This document shows, one piece after another, positions 1 through 9,627 of a stretch of DNA of 64,000 bases. The notes under the pieces are model-generated. The model searched no databases, was not told the origin of the DNA, and worked only from the letters and a program-made list of their open reading frames with translations. The stretch's first letter is position 1. Each line of letters starts with the position of its first letter. A program made the translations under genes and the position numbers. Origin of the DNA: a virus (lineage: Duplodnaviria > Caudoviricetes); the IMG/VR virus record IMGVR_UViG_3300035502_000313, positions 64,001 through 128,000 of that record; one strand, 5' to 3'.

Positions 1-916
1 TTATATCTTGAATTGTGCTAAAGTATTGTTTAACTGCATCTGTAGACGTTGTAGCATTCTTGAATCTTACTTTTAAGAAATCTATTCCATTCATCTTAAG
101 ATTACATATATGAGTTATAATTGTCTTAGGATCCATATCAATCATATTGTCAAGGTTTATTGTATCGTATCTGAATGATTTGATAGGTTGGAAATCTACA
201 GTATACTGATGAGTATACTTATCATAAAGACAAACAAGAAATCCCTTTTCTTGTTCTTCTCCAAACTTCCATCTTAATGGACTTCCAGAATAATATATAT
301 GATTCTGATAACATCCTTGAACGTGAACATGACCACATAATATAGGACCATTACATCTAGCGAAGCTATTTATATCAAATACTGGATTCTTAACTGTATC
401 TAAATCAGCTTTATCAAGTCCATATATAGCTCCTTTAATATTACCATGAAGCACAGCCATATCATATTCTTGAGTATAATAAAGAGCTTGTTCATAGTAT
501 TCTCTTCCTTTACCATACTCTTCTGGAATACAAAGAACCGTGGTTCCTTTAATATCTTGAAATTGCATATTTTCTACGATACGGATATCGACACCAGAAT
601 TTATATATCTATAGAATAGCTTTAATTGATCAGCATCGTGTGAGAATGTTCCATGTAATAATACAAGAGTAGCATTATTTTGAATACATAGCTTAACAAT
701 CTCATCCACAAATAATAAAGCATACATAATTACATCAGAATTAGACATAAACTTATGATGAAACAAATCACCATTAATAAAGAATGCATCGAAATGAATC
801 ATACGAAGTTTATTAATCATTTGCTCCATAAGTATATCATATTGTATTTTAGGATCCATGGCTCCAAAATGTATATCTGCTGTATGAATTTCAACAAGTG
901 TTCTATCTGAGTACAT
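1..916 (-). CDS. SbcD/Mre11-like metallophosphoesterase nuclease (3' end runs off window)
   Basis: Not in ORF track. Manual translation from ATG 916 (GGAGGA RBS) gives MYSDRTLVEIHTADIHFG...INGDLFH...LLHGTFSHD...VLHG...CGHVH...YYSGSPLRWKFGEEQEKGF, i.e. the calcineurin-like phosphoesterase motifs of SbcD/Mre11. Confidence 0.88.
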   Translation of the reverse strand, partial: MYSDRTLVEIHTADIHFGAMDPKIQYDILMEQMINKLRMIHFDAFFINGDLFHHKFMSNSDVIMYALLFVDEIVKLCIQNNATLVLLHGTFSHDADQLKLFYRYINSGVDIRIVENMQFQDIKGTTVLCIPEEYGKGREYYEQALYYTQEYDMAVLHGNIKGAIYGLDKADLDTVKNPVFDINSFARCNGPILCGHVHVQGCYQNHIYYSGSPLRWKFGEEQEKGFLVCLYDKYTHQYTVDFQPIKSFRYDTINLDNMIDMDPKTIITHICNLKMNGIDFLKVRFKNATTSTDAVKQYFSTIQDI

Positions 917-938
917 ATAATCTCCTCCAAACTTAAAT

Positions 939-950
939 TATATGAAAGTT
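939..950 (-). promoter_or_regulatory. putative late promoter AACT-N6-TA
   Basis: AACT-TTCATA-TA upstream of nuclease RBS; same fixed-spacing motif in 19 intergenic regions. Confidence 0.6.
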
Positions 951-977
951 TTTATATATGTCAAACTTAAGTTACAT

Positions 978-994
978 TATATATTATCTATGTA
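978..994 (+). promoter_or_regulatory. putative early promoter TATATATTAT-N4-GTA
   Basis: One of 9 fixed-spacing copies, followed directly by a hairpin. Confidence 0.6.
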
Positions 995-995
995 A

Positions 996-1037
996 TAAGT
1001 AGAGATAGAATTAGACTATCCTTTGAACAGCTACTTA
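996..1037 (+). ncRNA. conserved bulged 5'-leader hairpin (partial copy of the 26992/46302 leader)
   Basis: TAAGTAG-A-GATAG-loop-CTATC-CTTTGAACAG-CTACTTA; same architecture and similar bulge sequence as at 26993 and 46304. Confidence 0.6.
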
Positions 1038-1111
1038 AAGTCCAGTTCATGACAATAAACCGAGCGTCATACGAAATAAGCCATGTTTCAAAATTTAAGG
1101 AGGAAACAAAA

Positions 1112-2602
1112 ATGAAAGTACGTAAAAATAATATGTCAGACAACAGCAGCACGGAGATTATGAAAAGGATATTTAATAACTTCCTTACATCCGATAGAAG
1201 TTTAATGACCTTTGTTGTTAAACAGGGAAGGAACGATTTCTATGTAGTCATGATAGTAAAGGATGTTGTTGGAGCTAAATACTCTGTTCATCCTGAAGAC
1301 ACAGTCTTTACCTTCGTAGCTCCATTACGTGTATATGGAACACGAAAAATGAAGACTAAATCAAATCATGTTATCAAAGTCCATGTTAATGGTAAAATCG
1401 GAACCATTAACAGTGATGATATATATGAAATCAGCACTCAGAATCTGTTTAAAGATTACTGTTACATATGTAATCTTTCCAAGTCCGATACAAAGAGTGC
1501 CGTAACAGCATTCATAAATTCATCTGCATGGTCAGAGAATGGAATATCTAATGCTGACTTCAATGAAAATGACTTCGAGTCTATCGATGCAGTTAAGATG
1601 ATGCTGTCTGACGAAGAAGAAGTCACAACCGAGGTCGATCAGGAAGTATCTGAAGTAATAGAGGCTGAATATGAAGAAATCTCAACTGAGGTTGCTGAGC
1701 CTGATACAATGTCTGATGAAGACAGAATCCTTGAAGCGTTTATGAATGAGAAATTTGTGTCAGAGCAGATTATCAATATTCATAATGAAATGCTTGACAA
1801 TCTGATAATTCCACCGGATGAAGTTCTTGACTTTATGAAAAGAGCTGATTCCAACTGCAATTATCTGCAGTCATTGCAGGAAAATGAGAAACAGCTTATT
1901 GATTCTCATAAAGTGACAATCGATTCTATCAGTGATCTTAGAGATAAGATAGAGTCTCTTAAAACTAAGCTTACTGAGCTTGAGGCGATATCTGAGAAAG
2001 AAGAATCTCTTGATATTGGACTTAAGAAATCAATCGTTGATATTAAATCCAACGTTGAAACAGATATCCGTAAACTCAACTCATTTATGGAATCTGCAAA
2101 GAGAGAAAAGGCTGCTTCAGAAATGCGTAATCGTATAGACAGTATGCTTAGTGGACTTTCTAACGATGAGGCAGAGTATCTCAGAAGCAAACTTGGAATT
2201 AGTAGTACTCCTGCTATTGAAATGAAGACTTCTGAAATCGTTATCACTGACGGTGCTTGTGTTAGTGACAACGCAAACGGATATTCATGGGCAGAATACA
2301 AATCACATATCGTGGATGTTTGCCAGGGACATTCTCTCCCTAGCAAGCTTGTATTCAAGGCATTGGCTGATGTAATTAAAAATGGCATGACTCATGCTAC
2401 ATTGGCTGATAAACTCAATAGTGTACATTATGCTAACAAAGCTATTGAGTTCTGCAGAAAGTATGGCTATCTTCCTGAGAAGAAGAAATATGCAAAGCGT
2501 AGAGTTTCTTCAGATCAGATAAAAAATAGAGGCAAAGCCATCACTACAAATTCCAAGAAGAGAAAGGAAGCTATCGAAATGGCTTTCAACTCTAACAAGT
2601 AA
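1112..2602 (+). CDS. hypothetical protein with acidic region and coiled coil (putative early gene)
   Basis: ORF 1049..2602; start moved to ATG 1112 behind AAGGAGG; heptad-like segment around aa 280-370. Confidence 0.75.
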   Translation: MKVRKNNMSDNSSTEIMKRIFNNFLTSDRSLMTFVVKQGRNDFYVVMIVKDVVGAKYSVHPEDTVFTFVAPLRVYGTRKMKTKSNHVIKVHVNGKIGTINSDDIYEISTQNLFKDYCYICNLSKSDTKSAVTAFINSSAWSENGISNADFNENDFESIDAVKMMLSDEEEVTTEVDQEVSEVIEAEYEEISTEVAEPDTMSDEDRILEAFMNEKFVSEQIINIHNEMLDNLIIPPDEVLDFMKRADSNCNYLQSLQENEKQLIDSHKVTIDSISDLRDKIESLKTKLTELEAISEKEESLDIGLKKSIVDIKSNVETDIRKLNSFMESAKREKAASEMRNRIDSMLSGLSNDEAEYLRSKLGISSTPAIEMKTSEIVITDGACVSDNANGYSWAEYKSHIVDVCQGHSLPSKLVFKALADVIKNGMTHATLADKLNSVHYANKAIEFCRKYGYLPEKKKYAKRRVSSDQIKNRGKAITTNSKKRKEAIEMAFNSNK

Positions 2603-2608
2603 TCAAAT

Positions 2609-2640
2609 ACAAAGCGGACTCTACATCCGCTTTGTTTTTT
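2609..2640 (+). terminator. intrinsic terminator
   Basis: ACAAAGCGGA/TCCGCTTTGT stem plus T-tract. Confidence 0.8.
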
Positions 2641-2694
2641 CATATATACAATCTCTTCAACCATTATATAAATATAAAATAGGAGGTGTTTTTA

Positions 2695-3507
2695 GTGGAT
2701 ATTTCTTATCTATCATTTGATACAGGAATAGATGATGACAGGATTTATGCTCATAGAGGAGATATATTTATATGTGATGATTTATTTAAACCTCTCGAAG
2801 AACTTGATAAAGATGATCATATTTTAGGAAAGCCTACTAGACCTGTAATCATAATTTCTAATGATAACTATAATAGAAATATAGTTAAAGTTTTACCATT
2901 TTCAACTAAAGCCGGTTCAGATGATTCAAACGCTATTTCATCTGGCAGAGTTATTAGGGTCCCTGGAATTAATAAAAGTCCAAACCCAAGTTATATTGAT
3001 GTGTCTCAGGTATTCACAATCAATACGTATCAGCTTAAAATTAAATTAGGACATGCTTCTCAAGAGATTGTAGATGCTGCGGTTGCTATGCATGCATTAC
3101 AAAATGTTGCTGATACAACTTCTATTGATACACTTGTTAAAGTATTTAAAGACAGATACCCTAAAGCACAAGTGTTCAATCAAGTTGTTCAAGTTCCTAA
3201 GAGTACAAATCCAGATACTCAACACAAGATAATAAATAATATGTTTAATCCGTGTGAGGATTTATTTGCAGATGTAAGACAAGTTTCATACACAGAACTT
3301 GCTAGTGAGATTAAGCATACTATAAAATTTCCTGATACTAAAGAAGAAGCTTATGAACTTTATCAGGAATGGTTAACTTTAGGAACTGATTTATTTAGAA
3401 GTAAATATGGTCTTACAAGACAGCAATATATTACGTTACGAGACAAATGTGTATATAAGATGCTTGGTAAAATGCCAAACTTTAAAAAGCATGATTGGTC
3501 TACATAA
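2695..3507 (+). CDS. MazF/PemK-like endoribonuclease with C-terminal extension
   Basis: HRGDIF...KPTRPVIIISNDNYN...VKVLPFST...SYIDVSQVFTINTYQLKIKLG matches the PemK/MazF pattern; probable GTG start at 2695 after AGGAGG; AACC-N6-TA at 2659-2670. Confidence 0.75.
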   Translation: MDISYLSFDTGIDDDRIYAHRGDIFICDDLFKPLEELDKDDHILGKPTRPVIIISNDNYNRNIVKVLPFSTKAGSDDSNAISSGRVIRVPGINKSPNPSYIDVSQVFTINTYQLKIKLGHASQEIVDAAVAMHALQNVADTTSIDTLVKVFKDRYPKAQVFNQVVQVPKSTNPDTQHKIINNMFNPCEDLFADVRQVSYTELASEIKHTIKFPDTKEEAYELYQEWLTLGTDLFRSKYGLTRQQYITLRDKCVYKMLGKMPNFKKHDWST

Positions 3508-3513
3508 TATTAA

Positions 3514-3548
3514 TACAGACTGGGTAATTCCAGTCTGTAATTTTATTT
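3514..3548 (+). terminator. intrinsic terminator
   Basis: TACAGACTGG/CCAGTCTGTA stem plus T-rich tail. Confidence 0.75.
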
Positions 3549-3557
3549 TGTTTTATT

Positions 3558-3574
3558 TATATATTATTATTGTG
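3558..3574 (+). promoter_or_regulatory. putative early promoter
   Basis: TATATATTAT-TATT-GTG. Confidence 0.6.
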
Positions 3575-3648
3575 ATTAGGCGAGCTGTTATATGATGCTT
3601 ATCCATACTGGTGGTATTCCAGAAATTATTTATAAAGGAGTCTTTAAT

Positions 3649-3999
3649 ATGAAGATTTATGTGCACTGTCCAATTAACACTGATGGAGAATACGATTATA
3701 AGTCGTTCAGCTCCAATGAGATTATCGGGGAGTATAAAGCTCCTGCAGGGAGATCATTTTCAATCTCCTGCAAGAGTTGTAAAAGTGGTACTTATCAGAA
3801 GTACCACTATTTTAATAAAGGATTGTCTCATGATATGTTTGAATATATCATGAGACATAAATTCGTAATTCTTGAATTCGAGGATTATGAATTCGATGTA
3901 ATCCTCGAAGAAGAAGAAAGTGATGACTATTATGGTGTCACCACTTTCAAAAAGGCTCTGGGATTGTCCATGATGGACGATGCCAGATGGTCTAAGTAA
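3649..3999 (+). CDS. hypothetical protein (putative early gene)
   Basis: ORF 3592..3999; start moved to ATG 3649 after AAGGAG; flanked by its own promoter and terminator. Confidence 0.7.
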   Translation: MKIYVHCPINTDGEYDYKSFSSNEIIGEYKAPAGRSFSISCKSCKSGTYQKYHYFNKGLSHDMFEYIMRHKFVILEFEDYEFDVILEEEESDDYYGVTTFKKALGLSMMDDARWSK

Positions 4000-4004
4000 A
4001 AGAG

Positions 4005-4039
4005 AGAACACCCTGTGGTTGATAGGGGTGTTCTTTTTT
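4005..4039 (+). terminator. intrinsic terminator
   Basis: AGAACACCCT/GGGGTGTTCT stem plus T-tract. Confidence 0.75.
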
Positions 4040-4092
4040 GTCTTATAACTTGAACTTTAATATAAATGACTAATGTAAAGGAGGATATAATA

Positions 4093-5028
4093 ATGTCAAA
4101 AACGTATAATAACACATTTATCTATACTAAGTTTCCGTATGAGGAAAACATTTTTAGATTTCTAATTAATTCAACACGTATTGATAAGAAGTCGCCTAAG
4201 TTTGATGATATCAGATATGAGTTTAAAAAGAGACAGCTTGATAACTGTCTGCTAAAGGTTCTTAATTCTGATAATGTAATTCTTTGTACTTCCGATTCTT
4301 TACCTCTCAATACTCAATTTAGAGTAATGTGTGCTAGGGATCCTAAATTTAAATCTGATACAAATTACAAAATCTTTATTGACTGTACTGGTCTTATTGT
4401 ATTAGATAAGGACGGTAATTATAGATGTCATAGTATTGATATTTTAGTTTCTCATATTGTTAATGCTATGGTATCCATGATTTATCATAAGGCTGAAAAT
4501 CAGATTCTTTCTACTCAGCTTATTAATGATTCTATGGAATGCTTTGCTAATCTATTTACACATGTAATTGATTATCTTACAAAGATTTCAGTTATTCCTT
4601 CTACAAAGTCTAAGTGTCAATTCTTAGCTTGTATGTATTTCACAGAGAATATTATTCAGAAGGAATTTAATACAAACTATCAGCATATAGCTGGTAAGAT
4701 TACTAACCTTTCTGAGAGAGAACAGGATATGATTATGAACCAGTGTGATGAAGGAGACTTCTCTGATATTAAATCTTTTGTCGCTAAAATTGCTGAAATG
4801 ATCAAAGCTCCAAATCTTAAAGTTGATAATGTAATTGATAAGTGGATGTATCTATATGGTGCTAATACTGTATTTGCACTTGAATATTATCCAGCATTGT
4901 CAGCTATGTTAACTGATGCTTATTGTGGTGCTTATTTGAATAATCAGAAGACTATTGAAAAAGTGGTCGGAAATACTCTTGTAAGCTACACAAAGAACGT
5001 TATTGCTAAAGGTGGTACATTAGTATGA
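4093..5028 (+). CDS. hypothetical protein, first gene of late structural operon
   Basis: ATG 4093 after AAGGAGG; AACT-N6-TA at 4053-4064; overlaps next gene (ATGA). Confidence 0.7.
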   Translation: MSKTYNNTFIYTKFPYEENIFRFLINSTRIDKKSPKFDDIRYEFKKRQLDNCLLKVLNSDNVILCTSDSLPLNTQFRVMCARDPKFKSDTNYKIFIDCTGLIVLDKDGNYRCHSIDILVSHIVNAMVSMIYHKAENQILSTQLINDSMECFANLFTHVIDYLTKISVIPSTKSKCQFLACMYFTENIIQKEFNTNYQHIAGKITNLSEREQDMIMNQCDEGDFSDIKSFVAKIAEMIKAPNLKVDNVIDKWMYLYGANTVFALEYYPALSAMLTDAYCGAYLNNQKTIEKVVGNTLVSYTKNVIAKGGTLV

Positions 5029-8000
5029 GTAAATACATTGAGGACGTACAAGGTAAAATTGTGTCTAATCCTATTAATGAGACTAATACTAAATATGGCT
5101 TCAATGAAAAAAGCGAAGATGGAATATACTATAATGATAATTATCCTATAGATACTCAGTATATGTATAATTATGATGAGCCTGTAAGTGATATAGATAC
5201 CGCTTATTATGATGATTACAGAAACAAGATTGAGGAACTTAGAAAAAGAACAGAGAGTACTTATGAAGCTCTAGAATCTTGCTTGGTTCCTGTAGAGATT
5301 CCTGGAATGTCGTTTCAACCATATGAGTTCCAAACCACTGAAACTGATGATGGAGAAGTAATTAAAGAGAAACAAAAATCTTTCACTTATTTTTTCCAAG
5401 ATCATCTATCTCCTATAGGAGAAGATTCAAAAGAATTTGTGTTTAGAACTAATAAGGTTAAATTTATAGATGATAGACATCGTAGATTAATATATGATAG
5501 AACTATTCATCTTATGACATTGAAGGAAGACGAGGATAATAAAGTATCATTTAGAAATGTTCTTCTTCGTACTTTCTTTGAATACTATAATAAAAACTAT
5601 TATCCACTTACTAGGACAGTCGATGCAATTAATATTAACATAGACAGTATTATTAATGATATTTATAGTAATATCATTAGTAGTGGTGAGACATATACTG
5701 TATTAGATTCTGATGGTGAAGAAAAGACTTTAAGTTCTAAGTCTGATTTTGATCTCGTATTTCAATCTGGTCAAGATATAGATACACTGATTCCTAGTAC
5801 AGTATACAATCTTTATAATATTGGATGGCTTGAAGCTTCTGTAATGTTCTTAAATGGTATTATTATACCATGGACTAAGATAATAATTTCTGTAGATAAT
5901 ATAGATACATTTATTATCATATCTAAACTACTAGAAGCTACATCAAATCTATTAGATGATGATAAAGATATTTACTTGGATTATGTACATATTCCATTTA
6001 AAGTAGCATATGCATCTGGTAGAATAAGCTCATCTGATAATAGCTTGATATATTACAAGTATACAGCTGGAGAAGAAATCAATAAAGATAACGATATAAT
6101 ATTTATTATTGATAAATATGGCGGTGTTAGATTTAGTTCATTAACAACAAATGTTAATTTTCGTAAAGTGTCTATATCTGATACATTTGATAGAATCATA
6201 TGCTTAGATCCTAATATTAAATATGCTGAGTTTTCTCTTGATTCTGATTTAAAAGATATTGGTATTGAGTATACTAAGACATTTAAAGATTTCTGTGGAA
6301 ATGATTATAGATGTAAACTTAAACAGTTTAACTTCTTAGGATTTGAACTTGATAGATATTATGAAAATGATGTAAACTATAAAGGAACATTTAAGAATGA
6401 TGACTTTACAGTAACTTGGCATCCATTTAATATAATGGATATCAGATTCAAACGTCTATTCAATAGAAAAAGAGTATTTAAAGTATTCTATAATACTAAG
6501 GTATTATATGATCAAGATAATATTCTAAGAATAAAGAATCACGATTATCTATTTGAAGAATATGAAAGATATAGACAGGATGTTACTGCTAATATAGAAA
6601 CATATCTAAACGAAATCTATATTCTAGCAAAGAAAGATATTGGTACATATATCACTACTGATGGTAAGATGTATGGTTATAAATATCATTATGTAACTCC
6701 TTATGAGTGTTTCTTACTATATAATGCTATCAATACTTCTGTTTATCATAATGCATATACTTCATTTGATGATTTCAGAAATATTAATGTAGCTGGATTA
6801 AGAACAGATTCAAGTAGATTTAAGACAATAATAAACACAGAGCTTACTGCAAATAGTGAAGGTAAATGTGTATGGGTTATTCCTATCGGTGGTAATAATC
6901 AACGTCCAGCTGTTAAGATTACCAGATTATCTGATGGTGATACTGTATTAGCTGATATCAACTTTAAAGATGATAATAGTCAAATCATTATTACTATGAG
7001 TAAAGATGGAAATAATATAGCTGCTGGTTCATATAGAGCTACATTATACTATGCTGATGTTATTAGATATAACCCTGATTTAAAATCTTCTAATGGTAAA
7101 TGTGTATGGACTATGACTGGTGTTGATTTAGATACTACTGTTACAGCAGTTTATAATGCTAATACCAATCAGATTGTATTAACTGATATTGAAAAGGTTG
7201 ATGATACTACATTTAATATCACCATCTATAGCGATGAAGACATAATAACAAGACAGTTCATTGCTGTATTAAATACAACTACTAATACTGTCGATAAGGG
7301 TAGTATATTAAATTATATGAATGGTGGATTTATTGCTATTCCTAGTGATGAAGATAGTATGTTCTTAAAGATGGTAAAAGAGAAAGATATCTATGAAGAC
7401 GATAAAGTAACTGTAAGAGATGATATTAAAGAATACTTTGAAAATATTGCAGAATCTACAAGTGCTTCGTTAGTAGATATTCTGGTTCCTATTGATAATG
7501 AATCTAGAACAGACAGCAAAACTCCTAGTGATTCTTTCTATATGTATGAGGGAGATTCTAAGGGAAAGATTATTCCATATTTATCTATCTATAGTGAATT
7601 TGGAATGGAACAAGAATACACAGATGTTAAGTATGATATATTGAAACTGAGATTTGAACTGTCATATCTTAATAATATGGAAGAAGGTGCAACTCCTGTT
7701 GATGAATTTATCTATTATTTTGATAATAGCGGCGTTATTAATATGGATAAGTATCCAGTCGTAGAAGACAATAATATTACATTTAGAACTACAGCTATTG
7801 ATTTAAATGCATTAGCTAAGAATATATTTAAGTTAGACCCACAGAATGTATATAGTTCTATTGAAAAAATGAACTGGTCTGCTGATTATATTATTCCTCA
7901 AACAATAAATGGTAAGAGAGAAAATTGTCTTGTTACATTAGAATCTGAACCACCAACTTCATCATATGATTATAGATTAGATCCTAGATTCTATTACAAT

Positions 8001-9614
8001 TATGGATATCGTGATGGAGATGATAATACATCAGTTCATAAAGTTGTATCTGAATGGGGATTAAGACGTAATCTTCCTGAAATGTTCTACTGGAGTCTGG
8101 ATAAAGATGAATATACTTTGGATAGTATGCATTTACTTGATGAGGTATTTGACTTTACTTATGACTTTAATAAGACATATGAACAAAACCTTGAAGAAGG
8201 AACTAATTACGTTATAGGATATGATGCTGATAAACTAGAACAGTCTATAAAGCGTAGTGTTGTTTCTTTTTCCAAAAAAGGATCAGAATTAAAGGATCAT
8301 ATGAGCAGGACTCAATGTGTAAAGAGTTCTAGTCTTGGTGGATATAAGATAATTACATTTATTAAAAATAAGAATCAGAAGATAGTATTTGATAATATCT
8401 CGATTACTGTAGCTACGCCTCAATTGGCTAAATATATAAATCCAGTTCCTGTAACTAGTGTTACTTATACAACAAAAGGAGATAGTAAAGAAAATTCATT
8501 TATCAATGTTGATATGAAACACAACAGCCAAGAGAATTATACTATAAAGAAAACAAATACTTCTTTTACTGATGTAGATAAAAACTTTACTCAGGAATTT
8601 GATTCTTATAAGTTTAATAGAGAAACAGAGCTTCTTGAATATTATAAAGGTAATGAACTTGTTGTAACAGTACAGGTTGATAAAATCATAGACAATTCTA
8701 GATTACAGATGTCTCGTTGGAATATAAGTCAACAAGATAATTATGTAATGATATTTAAGAATAGAAAGTTATATGATAAATATAATACTATTGAATATGA
8801 TGATATCTCGTTCTCTGTTGATTTCTATAACGTAGAAATAAAAGATGATGATGAGTTTGAATTTGTATTTTTCTTAAATGCAAATAATACTATCATGAAA
8901 AAGATATGTGAAACCGATGATGATATCAAATTAAAATTACCAGACGGATACTATTCTAATTCTGCCAATAGTATTAGATTAGACATGAATGGTGATTTAA
9001 TGGACAAAGGTTTGTATACTTTAGTTACTGGTACAACTGAATTTGATTGTGCTATTCCATGTAATACAAGTATTATAGATGCTGAGAATGTACAGTTACT
9101 AGTAAATGAAATGCCTAAAGATGAGGATGATAAATATACTGTAACAGATACAACTAATACTACATATGAACTTGATTTTAGTATGAAATCATATAGAACG
9201 AAAGTAGAAACTAAAAATAATAATGGTATTGAGAGACGCTTTATTCATCAACTTACTGACGATAATAAGTTAAACGGACTACACCGTGTTACAAAACAAG
9301 GTGGGGGAGAATATATTCTCTTATTTGACGGTAAAGTTCCTGAGAATACTGGTTCTGAAGATAATGAAACAACTATCGTTACACCTGGTACTGGTGGTAA
9401 TTCTAATTTAGGTATCGGATTATTAGCATTAGCTACAAAGAATGTTAACCGTATAACCTTTAATGGAACTGTAGAACAATGGGAAGCTATATCTAAGACA
9501 AAACCATGGGTAAGAAGTGTTATTAACTTACAACCTAAGGGAATAAAGTGTACTGATGGAATAGCTACAGTTGGTGAAGGTGAAGCTCAAGACGGCACAA
9601 CAGCAGGTGTTTAA
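5025..9614 (+). CDS. large putative virion structural protein (tail/baseplate-associated)
   Basis: 1529 aa in a late operon; duplicated beta module (GKCVW x2); IFKNRKL/FLNG-type motifs; C-terminus resembles a BspA-LRR cap (ITFNGTVEQWEAISK...W...IKCTDG). Confidence 0.6.
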   Translation: MSKYIEDVQGKIVSNPINETNTKYGFNEKSEDGIYYNDNYPIDTQYMYNYDEPVSDIDTAYYDDYRNKIEELRKRTESTYEALESCLVPVEIPGMSFQPYEFQTTETDDGEVIKEKQKSFTYFFQDHLSPIGEDSKEFVFRTNKVKFIDDRHRRLIYDRTIHLMTLKEDEDNKVSFRNVLLRTFFEYYNKNYYPLTRTVDAININIDSIINDIYSNIISSGETYTVLDSDGEEKTLSSKSDFDLVFQSGQDIDTLIPSTVYNLYNIGWLEASVMFLNGIIIPWTKIIISVDNIDTFIIISKLLEATSNLLDDDKDIYLDYVHIPFKVAYASGRISSSDNSLIYYKYTAGEEINKDNDIIFIIDKYGGVRFSSLTTNVNFRKVSISDTFDRIICLDPNIKYAEFSLDSDLKDIGIEYTKTFKDFCGNDYRCKLKQFNFLGFELDRYYENDVNYKGTFKNDDFTVTWHPFNIMDIRFKRLFNRKRVFKVFYNTKVLYDQDNILRIKNHDYLFEEYERYRQDVTANIETYLNEIYILAKKDIGTYITTDGKMYGYKYHYVTPYECFLLYNAINTSVYHNAYTSFDDFRNINVAGLRTDSSRFKTIINTELTANSEGKCVWVIPIGGNNQRPAVKITRLSDGDTVLADINFKDDNSQIIITMSKDGNNIAAGSYRATLYYADVIRYNPDLKSSNGKCVWTMTGVDLDTTVTAVYNANTNQIVLTDIEKVDDTTFNITIYSDEDIITRQFIAVLNTTTNTVDKGSILNYMNGGFIAIPSDEDSMFLKMVKEKDIYEDDKVTVRDDIKEYFENIAESTSASLVDILVPIDNESRTDSKTPSDSFYMYEGDSKGKIIPYLSIYSEFGMEQEYTDVKYDILKLRFELSYLNNMEEGATPVDEFIYYFDNSGVINMDKYPVVEDNNITFRTTAIDLNALAKNIFKLDPQNVYSSIEKMNWSADYIIPQTINGKRENCLVTLESEPPTSSYDYRLDPRFYYNYGYRDGDDNTSVHKVVSEWGLRRNLPEMFYWSLDKDEYTLDSMHLLDEVFDFTYDFNKTYEQNLEEGTNYVIGYDADKLEQSIKRSVVSFSKKGSELKDHMSRTQCVKSSSLGGYKIITFIKNKNQKIVFDNISITVATPQLAKYINPVPVTSVTYTTKGDSKENSFINVDMKHNSQENYTIKKTNTSFTDVDKNFTQEFDSYKFNRETELLEYYKGNELVVTVQVDKIIDNSRLQMSRWNISQQDNYVMIFKNRKLYDKYNTIEYDDISFSVDFYNVEIKDDDEFEFVFFLNANNTIMKKICETDDDIKLKLPDGYYSNSANSIRLDMNGDLMDKGLYTLVTGTTEFDCAIPCNTSIIDAENVQLLVNEMPKDEDDKYTVTDTTNTTYELDFSMKSYRTKVETKNNNGIERRFIHQLTDDNKLNGLHRVTKQGGGEYILLFDGKVPENTGSEDNETTIVTPGTGGNSNLGIGLLALATKNVNRITFNGTVEQWEAISKTKPWVRSVINLQPKGIKCTDGIATVGEGEAQDGTTAGV

Positions 9615-9627
9615 GGAGGGATGATAA

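Noticed and set aside
1906-2388. Antisense ORFs such as 1906..2388, 53853..54314, 57233..57628, 59380..59745 and other short track ORFs nested in long genes
   Set aside because: Fully overlap well-supported genes, lack RBS and motifs, typical shadow frames
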